This document shows positions 9,255 through 18,989 of a stretch of DNA of 35,862 nt, in pieces. The position numbers were made by a program, and so were the translations under genes. The notes under the pieces were generated by a model, which did no database searches, was not told the DNA's origin, and saw nothing but the letters and a program-made list of their open reading frames with translations. Each line of letters begins with the position of its first letter. Position 1 is the first letter of the stretch. Source of the stretch: Altererythrobacter xiamenensis (GTDB taxonomy: Bacteria; Pseudomonadota; Alphaproteobacteria; Sphingomonadales; Sphingomonadaceae); NCBI GenBank assembly GCA_945906905.1, contig CAMDSM010000001.1:1-35862 (forward strand), read 5' to 3'.

Positions 9255-10447
9255 GTCAATCCTCCGGGCCACTGGCCAGTCTCGCGCCGCGCGAGCAGCG
9301 TGAATATCCGCCGCCGGGCGCTGCCACCAATGGCAATCGAATGGCGGGCGATCGGGCGGCGCTCGCGCCACAGGTGGTCGATCATTGCGTGATCGGGCGC
9401 AGCGCAGCTGTCGATCCAGGCGATGTCCGGATCACCGGACAGAGCCAGATTCTCGCATTGCAGCAGCACGCCGGGTGAAAAGCGGGCGTAGTCCTCGTCA
9501 AAGGTGGTCTTGTAGGAATAGGCTCCGGGCGGGGTGAGGAAGGTTGCCAGCATGGCAATTGGTCGGCCATCGAGCAGCAGCGACAGCCGTTCCAGTCGTC
9601 CGGCTTGCGCCGCACCTGCCAGCGCTTCAGCGAACAGGCGGGTATTGGCCGAATGATCGGCCAGGGCTGATCCGGCCCGTCCTTTCCACCCGCGCGTTTC
9701 CAGATCGAGGAAGCTGGCGGTCCAGCCAGCGATCCCCTTGGCCGAGCGATCCCGCACCACCTCCAGCACGCCGAGTTCGCCCAGACGGCGCTGTTGGCGG
9801 CGCAACTCCTTGCGCTTCTTGGCTCCGATGGCGGCGAGGAGATAGTCGTCCGACGTTAGATCAGAACACAGCAGTGCCCGCTCCTCGGCCAGCACCGTGG
9901 CGGCGGGGCGCTGTTGGCGCGCCAGTTCGGCCTTGAGCGCGTGGTCCAGCGGGCCATCACCGGGCATATGCATAAGATGGAGGAACAGGCCGATCCCACC
10001 TTGCCCATCGCACCATTGCAGCAAGGTGCGCCAGAACGCGGTCTCCAGCCCTTGCGCAACCAGCGGTTGTCCGCAAAAGCAGTTGTCATGGACCCAGTTG
10101 CGCCAATGCGGCAACGGGTAGCCATAATAGCGGGCGGGGCGGAAGATCGGCATCAGGCCCAGCAGCGCGCCCTTGTCCTCCAGCACCAGCAATTCGACCT
10201 GGCCCGCAGGATCAAGCGCGCGCAGCGAGGGCAGCAGATACCAGCTTTCATAGAACGGATTGGGCTGGGCGGCGGCCGTGGCCAGCGCATCCCACCGCGC
10301 GACGAATCCGGCGCTCTGGCATTCGCGCCAGTCGCGCGCCTGCAATGCCTTCGGCACCACGGTTGCCATCACGTCAGCGGGCACGTCAGCCGGAACAGGC
10401 GCGCTGCTGCTAAGGGCTGCTGCTGAGATGGGCGCATAAGCGGCCAA
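9251..10447 (-). CDS. GNAT-superfamily protein (Acetyltransf_6 / CelD-BcsL-like)
   Basis: W..LA….PNPFYE.W, KKRKELRRQQRRL, FLDLE..GWKG, YKTTFDEDYARFSPG.LL, DSCAAPDH.MI. Confidence 0.82.
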   Translation of the reverse strand: MAAYAPISAAALSSSAPVPADVPADVMATVVPKALQARDWRECQSAGFVARWDALATAAAQPNPFYESWYLLPSLRALDPAGQVELLVLEDKGALLGLMPIFRPARYYGYPLPHWRNWVHDNCFCGQPLVAQGLETAFWRTLLQWCDGQGGIGLFLHLMHMPGDGPLDHALKAELARQQRPAATVLAEERALLCSDLTSDDYLLAAIGAKKRKELRRQQRRLGELGVLEVVRDRSAKGIAGWTASFLDLETRGWKGRAGSALADHSANTRLFAEALAGAAQAGRLERLSLLLDGRPIAMLATFLTPPGAYSYKTTFDEDYARFSPGVLLQCENLALSGDPDIAWIDSCAAPDHAMIDHLWRERRPIARHSIAIGGSARRRIFTLLARRETGQWPGGLT

Positions 10448-10534
10448 GGATCGTTAACCTTTCTGCGCCAGCCCCAAGCTAACCGCTCTCAACCTGTAGG
10501 ACGGCGGCTGAAATGAAGGATTAATCGACAGGGT

Positions 10535-10569
10535 AAAGAAAACCCTGCCCGGCAGCTGCCGGGCAGGGT
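10535..10569 (-). terminator. Intrinsic terminator downstream of hppA
   Basis: Perfect 28-bp palindrome accctgcccggcagctgccgggcagggt (10542-10569), followed on the minus strand by TTTCTTT. Confidence 0.85.
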
Positions 10570-10599
10570 CATGTGTCCCGTTCTGGGAGCAGTGTTGGC

Positions 10600-12699
10600 T
10601 TAAGCGAGTGCTGCCAGCAGCAGCAAGGCCACGATATTGGTGATCTTGATCATCGGGTTGACGGCGGGGCCAGCGGTGTCCTTGTAGGGATCGCCCACCG
10701 TATCACCGGTTACAGCGGCCTTGTGGGCATCGCTGCCCTTGCCGCCGTGGTTGCCGTCTTCGATATACTTCTTGGCATTGTCCCATGCGCCGCCGCCCGA
10801 TGTCATCGAGATGGCGACGAACAATCCGCCCACGATCACGCCCAGCAGGAGCGCGCCCAGCGCCGCAAAGCCATTGGCCTGCCCGGCCACGGCGGTGATC
10901 ACGAAATAGACCACGATCGGCGCGGCCACTGGCAGCAACGATGGAATGATCATCTCCTTGATCGCCGCCTTGGTGACGAGATCGACGGTGCGGGCATAGT
11001 CTGGCTTGGACTCGTAAGTCATGATGCCGGGGTTGTTCTTGAACTGCTCGCGAACGTCCTTGACCACTTCGCCAGCCGCGCGGCCCACCGCCGTCATGCC
11101 CATGGCCCCGAACAGATAGGGCAGCAGCGCGCCGAGCAGCAGCCCGACGATGACATAGGGGTTCTCAAGGCTGAAGTTGACCGTCAGCTCCGGGAAGAAC
11201 TCCTTCAAGTCAGTGGTATAGGCAGCAAACAGCACCAGTGCGGCAAGGCCTGCCGAACCGATGGCATAGCCCTTGGTCACGGCCTTGGTGGTGTTGCCCA
11301 CGGCATCGAGCGCATCGGTCTTTTCGCGCACGCTGTCATCCAGACCGGCCATTTCGGCAATGCCGCCGGCGTTATCGGTAACAGGGCCGTATGCGTCGAG
11401 CGCGACGACCATGCCGGCCAGGGCCAGCATCGCAGTAGCCGCATAGGCAATGCCCATCAGGCCAGCCAGCTGGAAGGCGATGATGATACCGGCGCAGATC
11501 ACCAGCGTCGGCAGGGCGGTCGATTCCAGAGAAATCGCCAGGCCCTGGATCACATTGGTGCCGTGGCCCGTTTCCGAGGCCTTGGCGATCGAGCGGACCG
11601 GGCGATAGTTGGTGCCGGTGTAATACTCGGTGATCCAGATGATCAGGCCGGTGATGACCAGACCCAGCAAGCCGCAATAGAACAGCGTGCGGCCGTTGTA
11701 GGCCTGGCCCGCAATCGCGGTCTCCATATCGCCCAGCGCATAGGAGATCGCCCACCAGATGGCCGGGACCGACAACACGGCGGTGACCAGGAAGCCCTTG
11801 TACATCGCGCCCATGATGTTCTTGCCGCCGCCAAGGCGGACGAAGTAGGTGCCGATGATCGAAGTGACGATGCAGACGCCGCCGATCAGCAGCGGCAGGC
11901 TCATCAGCGCCATCAGATTGTCTGCGCCCTTCAGCAGCAGCGCAGTCAGGACCATGGTGGCACCGATGGTGACGACATAGGTCTCAAACAGATCGGCGGC
12001 CATGCCTGCGCAATCGCCGACGTTGTCGCCCACGTTGTCGGCGATAACGGCGGGGTTGCGGGGGTCGTCCTCAGGGATACCGGCTTCGACCTTGCCTACA
12101 AGATCGGCGCCCACGTCAGCCGCCTTGGTGAAGATACCGCCACCAAGCCGGGCAAAAATCGAGATCAGCGAGGCACCGAAGGCCAGCGCCACGAGGCCGT
12201 TGACCACGGTGCGGTCTTCCCCGCCAACGCCGTGACCGGCAGGCCCGGTGAGGAAGGCGAAGTAGCCAGCGATGGCCAGCAGCGCGAGGCCGGCCACCAG
12301 CATTCCGGTGATGGCACCGGCGCGGAAGGCCAGCGTCAGCCCGTTCTGCAGACCGACTTGCGCCGCTGCCGCCGTGCGGACATTGGCCCGCACCGAGATG
12401 TTCATGCCGATAAAGCCGGTCGCGCCCGAAAGCACTGCGCCCAGCAGGAAGCCGCCGGCCGAGATCGGCGTGCCGAGATTGTCGAGGAAGAACCACACCA
12501 GCAGCGCAACCACAGCGCCGACAACGGCGATGGCGCGATACTGGCGGCCCAGATAGGCTTGTGCGCCTTCCTGAATAGCAGCGGCAATTTCCTGCATTTT
12601 TTCGTTACCGGCGCTGGAATTCAGCACCTGGCGGCTGGTGACGATGCCGTAAACGATGGCAAGCGCACCCAGAAGCATTGAAATGACTACGAGGTCCAT
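10600..12699 (-). CDS. hppA: Membrane-bound pyrophosphatase, K+-independent H+-pumping type
   Basis: [68 protein letters not shown] carries the Lys diagnostic of K+ independence. Confidence 0.96.
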   Translation of the reverse strand: MDLVVISMLLGALAIVYGIVTSRQVLNSSAGNEKMQEIAAAIQEGAQAYLGRQYRAIAVVGAVVALLVWFFLDNLGTPISAGGFLLGAVLSGATGFIGMNISVRANVRTAAAAQVGLQNGLTLAFRAGAITGMLVAGLALLAIAGYFAFLTGPAGHGVGGEDRTVVNGLVALAFGASLISIFARLGGGIFTKAADVGADLVGKVEAGIPEDDPRNPAVIADNVGDNVGDCAGMAADLFETYVVTIGATMVLTALLLKGADNLMALMSLPLLIGGVCIVTSIIGTYFVRLGGGKNIMGAMYKGFLVTAVLSVPAIWWAISYALGDMETAIAGQAYNGRTLFYCGLLGLVITGLIIWITEYYTGTNYRPVRSIAKASETGHGTNVIQGLAISLESTALPTLVICAGIIIAFQLAGLMGIAYAATAMLALAGMVVALDAYGPVTDNAGGIAEMAGLDDSVREKTDALDAVGNTTKAVTKGYAIGSAGLAALVLFAAYTTDLKEFFPELTVNFSLENPYVIVGLLLGALLPYLFGAMGMTAVGRAAGEVVKDVREQFKNNPGIMTYESKPDYARTVDLVTKAAIKEMIIPSLLPVAAPIVVYFVITAVAGQANGFAALGALLLGVIVGGLFVAISMTSGGGAWDNAKKYIEDGNHGGKGSDAHKAAVTGDTVGDPYKDTAGPAVNPMIKITNIVALLLLAALA

Positions 12700-12724
12700 G
12701 ACCCGGTTTCCCCCTACGTGAATA

Positions 12725-12752
12725 CAAAAACGGCCCGGGTTTGCCGGGTCCG
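12725..12752 (-). terminator. Terminator-like hairpin plus U-tract between thiL and hppA
   Basis: Minus strand CGGACCCGG-CAAAC-CCGGGCCG-TTTTTG. Confidence 0.6.
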
Positions 12753-12765
12753 AACAAGGCGGATA

Positions 12766-12794
12766 GCGCTAGATGGCCGATTGGAGCGGCGCAA
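12766..12794 (-). promoter_or_regulatory. Putative sigma70 promoter of hppA
   Basis: Minus strand TTGCGC-N17-TAGCGC. Confidence 0.45.
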
Positions 12795-12827
12795 GCGTAA
12801 ATCGGGGAATTTCCCCTATCGGTGCCA

Positions 12828-13700
12828 CTATCCGTGCTGAAAACCCAGGCCTTCGGCGTTCACCAATGGCTCTCCATCAAGGAACAGCGGGGCAAATCCG
12901 CGCGCCTCTACCGTGCCGATGCGGGTGGCACTGATTGCCAACCTACAGCGTGGGGGCAGGGTGAACAGCAGCTGGTAATCATCACCCCAGCGAAGGCAAT
13001 CCAGCCGTCGCGCGACATCCGCCACGGGCACGGCCTCGCTTTCAATGGCGATAGAAACCCCGCTTGCCTCGGCCAAACGAAAGGCGTCGAGCAGGAGGCC
13101 GTCGGACACATCCATCATTGCTGTGACCAGCGGGGCGAGCGCTTGGCCCTGTGCCAGTAGCGCCATCGGGCGGGAATAGGCCGTGTGATCGGCGCTGGTG
13201 CCATCACGCAGCGCCTCAAATCCCAGCATCGCATCGCCGACCGGGCCGGTAATCCAAAGACCATCGCCATTCTGCGCGCCCGAACGCGTCGGCACCGGAG
13301 TGTAGGTGGCGCGACCGATGGCGGTGAGGCCGTGGGCGCGCGGACCCGTTCCGGATACCGTGTCGCCCCCCAGCAAGGGCACGTTGTAATGCGCCAAAAC
13401 CTCGGCCAGCCCGGCAAGGAATGCGGCATCATTATCACCCAGCATGTGCCCCAGCAGCACGCCTAGCGGTTCGGCACCCTTGGCCGCAAGATCGGACAGG
13501 TTGGTGGCCACCAGCTTCCACGCCACATCCGCCATATCCGCGCCGGGGAGGTAGTGCGTGCCTTCCACCAGCATGTCATGGGTAAGGATCAGCGTCTCAC
13601 CGCCAACCTCCAGCACCGCGCAATCATCATCTAGGTTGCGGGCGGCGGGATGGCTGGCCAGCTGCCGCAGCCCGGCGATGAAGGCGGCCTCGCGGCTCAC
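12828..13700 (-). CDS. thiL: Thiamine-monophosphate kinase
   Basis: DDCAV, DMLVEGTH, NLSDLAAKGA, GGDT, MDVSDGL, GDDYQLLFT. Confidence 0.95.
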   Translation of the reverse strand: MSREAAFIAGLRQLASHPAARNLDDDCAVLEVGGETLILTHDMLVEGTHYLPGADMADVAWKLVATNLSDLAAKGAEPLGVLLGHMLGDNDAAFLAGLAEVLAHYNVPLLGGDTVSGTGPRAHGLTAIGRATYTPVPTRSGAQNGDGLWITGPVGDAMLGFEALRDGTSADHTAYSRPMALLAQGQALAPLVTAMMDVSDGLLLDAFRLAEASGVSIAIESEAVPVADVARRLDCLRWGDDYQLLFTLPPRCRLAISATRIGTVEARGFAPLFLDGEPLVNAEGLGFQHG

Positions 13701-14146
13701 CGCACCTGTTTCGCGATTCCATCGAGCAGGCCGTTGACGAATTTCGCCTCGCGCTCCTCGAAAAAGGCGTGGGCGACGTCGACATATTCGCTGATCGCGG
13801 TTCCCACCGGCACATCGGGGCGGGCGAGCAGTTCATAAGTGCCCGCGCGCAGGATCTGGACCATGGTCTTGTCGAGCCGGGTCAGGCTCCAGCCCTCGGC
13901 CAGTTTGCCAGCGATCAGCGCGTCGATTTCCTCCGCCCGGGCAATCGCCCCGCGCACCAGATCGTCGAAAAAGTCCACCTCGGCCTCGGCATAAAGCACG
14001 TCCTCGATCTCCCGCCCCAGCCGGTGCTGGTGGAATTCGTCGAGCAGGCGGGCGAGCGGAGTCTGCTCCATCTGAAACTGGTAGAGCGCCTGAACGGCAG
14101 CGAGCCGCGCGGCGGAGCGGGCGGTGGATTTTGGGGCCTTGGTCAT
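13697..14146 (-). CDS. nusB: Transcription antitermination factor NusB
   Basis: ARSAARLAAVQALYQ, W...RLD...ILR, AISEYVDVA, FVNGLLD. Confidence 0.96.
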   Translation of the reverse strand: MTKAPKSTARSAARLAAVQALYQFQMEQTPLARLLDEFHQHRLGREIEDVLYAEAEVDFFDDLVRGAIARAEEIDALIAGKLAEGWSLTRLDKTMVQILRAGTYELLARPDVPVGTAISEYVDVAHAFFEEREAKFVNGLLDGIAKQVR

Positions 14147-15432
14147 TTCAATCTTACCTGCACCGATTTGGCGTGCGCAGGAAGCCCTTCCGCGCCAGCC
14201 AGAGCCACGGCGGCAGGCCCCACGACCCGCAGCGCGGCTTCATCCAGCGCGATAAAGCTGGTGCGCTTCATGAAATCGAGCACCGACAGCCCGCTGGAAA
14301 AACGCGCGCGGCGGCCCGTCGGCAGCACGTGGTTGGGCCCGGCGACATAATCGCCCACGGCCTCTGGCGTATGCCGGCCCAGAAACACGCTGCCCGCGTG
14401 GCGGATCTGCGCGAACATGGCGTCGGGTTCATCCACCGCAAGTTCGACATGCTCGGCGGCAAGGCGGTTGGCGAGTGCCGGGGCCTCGGCTGCAAGATCG
14501 CTGACCACGATGATGACGCCGTGATCGTCCCAACTGGCGCGGGCGGTGCGGTTGGTGGCAAGGCCAGCGCACATCACGTCCACCGCATCCTCCACCAGCC
14601 GGGCGAAGGCCAGATCATCGGTGATCAGGATCGATTGGCTGGAAGGGTCATGTTCGGCCTGGCTGAGCAGATCGGCGGCGATCCAGTCGGGATCGGACTG
14701 GCCATCCGAAATCACCAGAATTTCGCTCGGCCCGGCCACCATGTCGATGCCGACCACGCCATAGAGCTGGCGCTTGGCTTCGGCGACGAAGGCATTGCCG
14801 GGGCCGGTGATGACATCGACGGCGGCGATACTATCGGTGCCATAAGCCAGCGCGGCAATCGCCTGCGCCCCGCCGATGCGCCAGACCTCGTCCACGCCTG
14901 CAAGGTGCGCGGCCGCCAGCACCAGCGGATTGACCACGCCCTTGGGGGTGGGGGTGGCGACCACCAGCCGCTCAACGCCCGCAACCTTGGCCGGAATGGC
15001 GTTCATCAGCAGGCTGGAGGGATAGGCCGCGCGACCACCTGGGACATAGAGCCCGGCGGCTTCCACCGCACCCCAGCGCGCGCCCAGCCTTACGCCAGCC
15101 TCGTCAGTATAGTCGCGATTGGCGGGCAATTGTTCCTCGTGATAGACGCGAATTCGCAGCGCAGCCAGCTCCAGCGCCTCACGCAGATCGGGGGCGAGAT
15201 CGGCGAAAGCGGCGGCGCAGATGTCCTTGCCGATTTGCCAGCCGTCCTGGGCCAGATCGTGTTCGTCATAGCGGCGGGTGAATTCGCGCAATGCCGCATC
15301 GCCATCGGCGCGGACGCGGGCGATGATGCCCTGCACCACATTGGCCACGTCCTTGTCGCTCTCACGCCGATCATTGACGATGCGGGCAAAGCGCTTCTCG
15401 AAATCGCCGTCGCTGGTCTTGATAAGCTGCAT
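14143..15432 (-). CDS. hisD: Histidinol dehydrogenase
   Basis: GLYVPGG.AAYPSS, GGAQAIAALAYG, IDMVAGPSE, DLLSQAEHD, GPNHVLPT. Confidence 0.97.
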   Translation of the reverse strand: MQLIKTSDGDFEKRFARIVNDRRESDKDVANVVQGIIARVRADGDAALREFTRRYDEHDLAQDGWQIGKDICAAAFADLAPDLREALELAALRIRVYHEEQLPANRDYTDEAGVRLGARWGAVEAAGLYVPGGRAAYPSSLLMNAIPAKVAGVERLVVATPTPKGVVNPLVLAAAHLAGVDEVWRIGGAQAIAALAYGTDSIAAVDVITGPGNAFVAEAKRQLYGVVGIDMVAGPSEILVISDGQSDPDWIAADLLSQAEHDPSSQSILITDDLAFARLVEDAVDVMCAGLATNRTARASWDDHGVIIVVSDLAAEAPALANRLAAEHVELAVDEPDAMFAQIRHAGSVFLGRHTPEAVGDYVAGPNHVLPTGRRARFSSGLSVLDFMKRTSFIALDEAALRVVGPAAVALAGAEGLPAHAKSVQVRLK

Positions 15433-16127
15433 CAGCCTGCCTCCGCTTGCGCATTGGCCCGGAAGCGCTCGACCAGCGCAGCCACGCGGCGGTCAGTTTT
15501 CAGCGCCACCCGGTTGACGATCAACCGCGCGCTAATCTGCATGATAACATCGGTTTCCACCAAGCCGTTCTGCGCCAGCGTCTTGCCCGAGGAGACCAGG
15601 TCGACGATCCGCCCTGCCAGGCCGAGCGAAGGTGCCAGTTCCATTGCGCCGTTCAGCTTGACGCATTCGGCCTGCACGCCCTGGGCTTCAAAATAGCGCT
15701 TGGTGATGCCGGGATATTTTGTCGCCACGCGCAAGTGGCTGGCCGAATAGGCGTTCGACCCGGAGGCATCGGCGCTGCCCCGTGCTGGCTCTGCCACCGA
15801 CAGGCGGCAATGGCCGATATCCAGATCGACGGGGGCGTAAAGCTCGGAATAGTTGAATTCCTCGATCACGTCCGATCCCACGATCCCCGCCTGCGCTGCG
15901 CCAAAAGCCACGAAAGTGGCGACATCGAAGGCGCGCACGCGGATGATCGCCATGTCGCTGCCCCATATTGAGTCATGGGCACAGGCAAAGCTGAGCGACC
16001 GGTCGGCCTTGTCGTGGAAGGCGGAATCCGGCACCACTCCGGCCCGCGCCATCACCGGCAGGGCTTCTTCAAGAATGCGACCTTTGGGCACGGCAAAGGT
16101 GATCGGGCGGAGTTGCATATCGCTCAT
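15432..16127 (-). CDS. hisG: ATP phosphoribosyltransferase, short form
   Basis: [32 protein letters not shown]…[13 protein letters not shown]. No C-terminal regulatory domain. Confidence 0.95.
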   Translation of the reverse strand: MSDMQLRPITFAVPKGRILEEALPVMARAGVVPDSAFHDKADRSLSFACAHDSIWGSDMAIIRVRAFDVATFVAFGAAQAGIVGSDVIEEFNYSELYAPVDLDIGHCRLSVAEPARGSADASGSNAYSASHLRVATKYPGITKRYFEAQGVQAECVKLNGAMELAPSLGLAGRIVDLVSSGKTLAQNGLVETDVIMQISARLIVNRVALKTDRRVAALVERFRANAQAEAG

Positions 16128-16163
16128 GGGCGGGCGATTTAGGCGAGGGCAGGTAAAAGGGCA

Positions 16164-17243
16164 ATGTCATTGGCAGCTAAAGATGATCCAATCGGCGTGA
16201 TGGAGATCACCGATATCGGCGAAACGATCGAATGGCAGGCCCACCATTCGCAGGAAGCGGGCGCCCCAATCAACGCCCGGATCATCCGCGCCGAGGCGGC
16301 GATTATCGCGGCGGGCACCTCCACCGGCCAGCGGATGGCCAATTGGCCGGGGCTGAGCCTGGAGGACGCGATGCCGTTGCGCATGGCGGGGGGCTTGCAC
16401 TTTCTGCACCTGACGGGCCAGACCGAACTGCTCGCGCCGGTCTATTCCGGCAAAGTAACCAAACAGGCAGCTGTCGATGCTTTGGTGCGCGAAGTGGCGC
16501 TGCAATTTGATGCCGAGCTGCTGCCGTGGCTCGATGGTCCGCCGCAAACCAATGAGGCCGGGCGATCCTCCAGCGTGATGGCAGGGCTGATGTGGCTGTC
16601 GGGGCAGTTGGGGCCACGGTTCGCGCTGATCGAGATCGGTGCCAGCGCGGGCATCAACACCATGATGGCGCGCTATGGCTATGATCTGGGCGGGGTGAAG
16701 GCGGGGCCGCAGGGCGCAGCCATGCAAATTGTTCCCGAATGGCGCGGCTGGCCGCCGCCCGCCTATCCGGTGGAGATCGTCAGCGTCAAAGGTTGCGATA
16801 TCGCCCCGGTGGACCTGACCGATGGGGCGCAGGCGCAGCGGCTGAAGGCCTATGTGTGGGCCGATGCGACCGAGCGGATGGCGCGGATGGATGTCGCCAT
16901 TGCCTTGGCGAGCGAGGAAAAGCCCGATCTGGTGCAGATGGATGCGGCGGAATTTGTGCGCCAGCTGCTGGCGGCAGAGCAGGAGCCGGGCGTCACCCGC
17001 GTGCTGTTCCACACGGTGATGTGGCAATATCTGCCTGAGCCAACCCGGCAGGCGATCCGCGATATGATGAACGCGGCAGGCGCGCTGGCAACGCCCGAAA
17101 AGCCGCTCGCGTGGATCCAGCTTGAAACCAACCGCACCACCTTCCGCCATGAACTTACGGTGGAATATTGGCCGGATGGCGGGGAATTGGTGCAACTGGC
17201 GCAAGCGCACCCGCATGGGGCTTGGGTGGAGTGGATGGGCTAG
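16164..17243 (+). CDS. DUF2332-family protein (SAM-dependent methyltransferase-like fold)
   Basis: [46 protein letters not shown]. Confidence 0.85.
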   Translation: MSLAAKDDPIGVMEITDIGETIEWQAHHSQEAGAPINARIIRAEAAIIAAGTSTGQRMANWPGLSLEDAMPLRMAGGLHFLHLTGQTELLAPVYSGKVTKQAAVDALVREVALQFDAELLPWLDGPPQTNEAGRSSSVMAGLMWLSGQLGPRFALIEIGASAGINTMMARYGYDLGGVKAGPQGAAMQIVPEWRGWPPPAYPVEIVSVKGCDIAPVDLTDGAQAQRLKAYVWADATERMARMDVAIALASEEKPDLVQMDAAEFVRQLLAAEQEPGVTRVLFHTVMWQYLPEPTRQAIRDMMNAAGALATPEKPLAWIQLETNRTTFRHELTVEYWPDGGELVQLAQAHPHGAWVEWMG

Positions 17244-17244
17244 C

Positions 17245-17733
17245 TCACCGCCCCGGCGGGACCATCACATCCATCAGTTGAATCGTGAAAAACAGCGTCG
17301 CGCCCGGCGGGATTGGTCCGGCGCCTTGCGGGCCATAGCCAAGCTCTGCGGGCAAGGCGATTTCGATCGTGTCGCCCACGCCCATATAGGGGATCGCCAC
17401 CTGCCACGCCTCGATCAATTGGCGCAGAGGAAAGGTGGCCGGGTCGCCGCCGTCGGTGGAATCGAACACCACTCCCGTCGTCAGGCGCCCACTGTAATGC
17501 ACGCTGACGATATCGCGCAGTGTGGGGGCAGGGCCGCTGCCATCGCCGGCAATCCGCCGAAAGCGCATCCCACCTGCCAGCGTCGTCCAGCCAGAATCGG
17601 GCGAGAGTTCGGCCAGTGCCGATTGCTGGCGGTTGAACCATGCCGAGGACTGAGTGATGTCCTCTTGCGCGATTGCCGGGGTGGCGGTGTGGGCGACTGC
17701 GGCCAGTGCGGCGGTGAGGGCGATTTGCTTCAT
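17245..17733 (-). CDS. Exported FKBP-type peptidyl-prolyl isomerase
   Basis: Signal peptide MKQIALTAAL…AIA, VHYSGRL..G.VFDS, LI.AW, P.ELGYG, IPPGATL.F. Confidence 0.92.
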   Translation of the reverse strand: MKQIALTAALAAVAHTATPAIAQEDITQSSAWFNRQQSALAELSPDSGWTTLAGGMRFRRIAGDGSGPAPTLRDIVSVHYSGRLTTGVVFDSTDGGDPATFPLRQLIEAWQVAIPYMGVGDTIEIALPAELGYGPQGAGPIPPGATLFFTIQLMDVMVPPGR

Positions 17734-17765
17734 GGCCAGCCTCTTAGCCACAAGTGGGGGCCCGA

Positions 17766-18659
17766 TCAAAGGTAGCTCACCGTCTTGGCCACTTCGGGCA
17801 GCGGAATGAATTCCTCGGTATCGCCGGGCACCGAAGCAAAACGGCCCTCGCGCCAATCGTCCTTGGCCTGATTGATCCGTTCACGGTCAGAGGAAACGAA
17901 GTTCCACCACACGTGGCGGCGGGTGGCAAAGGCCTCGCCGCCCAGCAGCATGACTTTGGCTCCGCTGGTCGAAGTGAGGCGCATCACCGCGCCCGGCGCA
18001 AGCACTTGCAAGGTGTAGAGTTCGAGCGCCGCGCCATCCAGCGTGGCCTCGCCGCCCACCACCATCACCGCGCGCTCGTCAGCCGAATTGTCAATCGGGA
18101 TCGCGCCGCCGGGGGCAAGGTTGATTTCGGCATAGATGGTTTGGGCATGGGTGGTGGTGCGGGCCGTGGCGCCCCACAGATTGCCCATAATCACCACGGC
18201 GGTCGTGCCGTTTTCCGTCACCAGCGGCAGGTCGCTGACCGCCTCAAACGCTGGATCAATCTCCTCGCGGCCATCGGGCAGGGCCAGCCAAGTCTGCATG
18301 CCATACAGCTTAGGGCCCTTGCTCCGCTCGTCGGCGGGTGAGCGTTCGGAATGGACGATCCCGCTCCCCGCCGTCATCAAATTGACGGTGCCGGGACGGA
18401 TGGTGGAAAAGCTTCCGATGCTGTCGCGATGCTCAATCGCGCCGGCGAATTCCCCGTCGAACAGCCAGGTGACAGTGGCAAGGTTGATGTGCGGATGCGG
18501 GCGCACGTCCATGCCGGTGCCAAGGTCGAGCGCGGCTGGCCCGAACTGGTCAACGAAAATGAACGGACCCACCATCGTCCGGCCCCGGCTGGGCAGCACG
18601 CGCCGCACCTCGAACTGGCCAAGGTCATGGGCGACGGGGGTGATGGTTTCGGCGATCAT
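17766..18659 (-). CDS. Pirin-family protein
   Basis: GPFIFVD, RPHPHINL.TVT, HRDS.G, MTAG.GIVHSE, WWNFVSS. Confidence 0.94.
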   Translation of the reverse strand: MIAETITPVAHDLGQFEVRRVLPSRGRTMVGPFIFVDQFGPAALDLGTGMDVRPHPHINLATVTWLFDGEFAGAIEHRDSIGSFSTIRPGTVNLMTAGSGIVHSERSPADERSKGPKLYGMQTWLALPDGREEIDPAFEAVSDLPLVTENGTTAVVIMGNLWGATARTTTHAQTIYAEINLAPGGAIPIDNSADERAVMVVGGEATLDGAALELYTLQVLAPGAVMRLTSTSGAKVMLLGGEAFATRRHVWWNFVSSDRERINQAKDDWREGRFASVPGDTEEFIPLPEVAKTVSYL

Positions 18660-18934
18660 GCGCCTTCGCCCGGTGCCAGCGCCTTGATGGCAAGTGCGTG
18701 GACGCGGGTGCCGGGGATGTCTCCCAGCGCGCGGTTGACCATACGCTGGCGCTCCAGCCGGTTCTTGCCGACAAAGGCCGCGCTTTCGATGGTCACGCTG
18801 AAATGCGATTCGCCGCTGCCATCATCGCCCGAATGGCCGCTGTGGCTGGCGCTGTCGTTGTTCACCGCCAGCCGTGTGGGGGCAAGCGCGGCGGTGAGCA
18901 GCGCTTCCATTTCGTTCTGCACAGTTCCGGCCAC
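18656..18934 (-). CDS. bolA: BolA-family protein
   Basis: DSASHSGH, ESHF.V.I.S..F.G..RL.RQR.V, VHAL.I. GTG start with an AAGGAG RBS. Confidence 0.9.
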   Translation of the reverse strand: MAGTVQNEMEALLTAALAPTRLAVNNDSASHSGHSGDDGSGESHFSVTIESAAFVGKNRLERQRMVNRALGDIPGTRVHALAIKALAPGEGA

Positions 18935-18989
18935 TTTATGCTCCTTTAGGGTCTTTTCAACTGGGGTTGGATCGCCCATTTTCAAGTCA

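Noticed and set aside
10453-10525. CtrA half-sites (GTTAAC, ATTAAT) upstream of the GNAT gene, and TTAA at 5347
   Set aside because: Only single half-sites without a correctly spaced partner.
10573-12681. 702-aa plus-strand ORF
   Set aside because: Antisense shadow of hppA caused by high-GC codon bias; no recognisable motifs.
12700-13720. TPP riboswitch near thiL, or cobalamin/THF riboswitches near cobS/fhs
   Set aside because: No conserved aptamer cores were recognised, and thiL overlaps nusB with no leader.
18351-18989. Long N-terminal extension of the J-domain ORF
   Set aside because: Overlaps pirin and bolA on the other strand; family similarity starts at ATG 18990.
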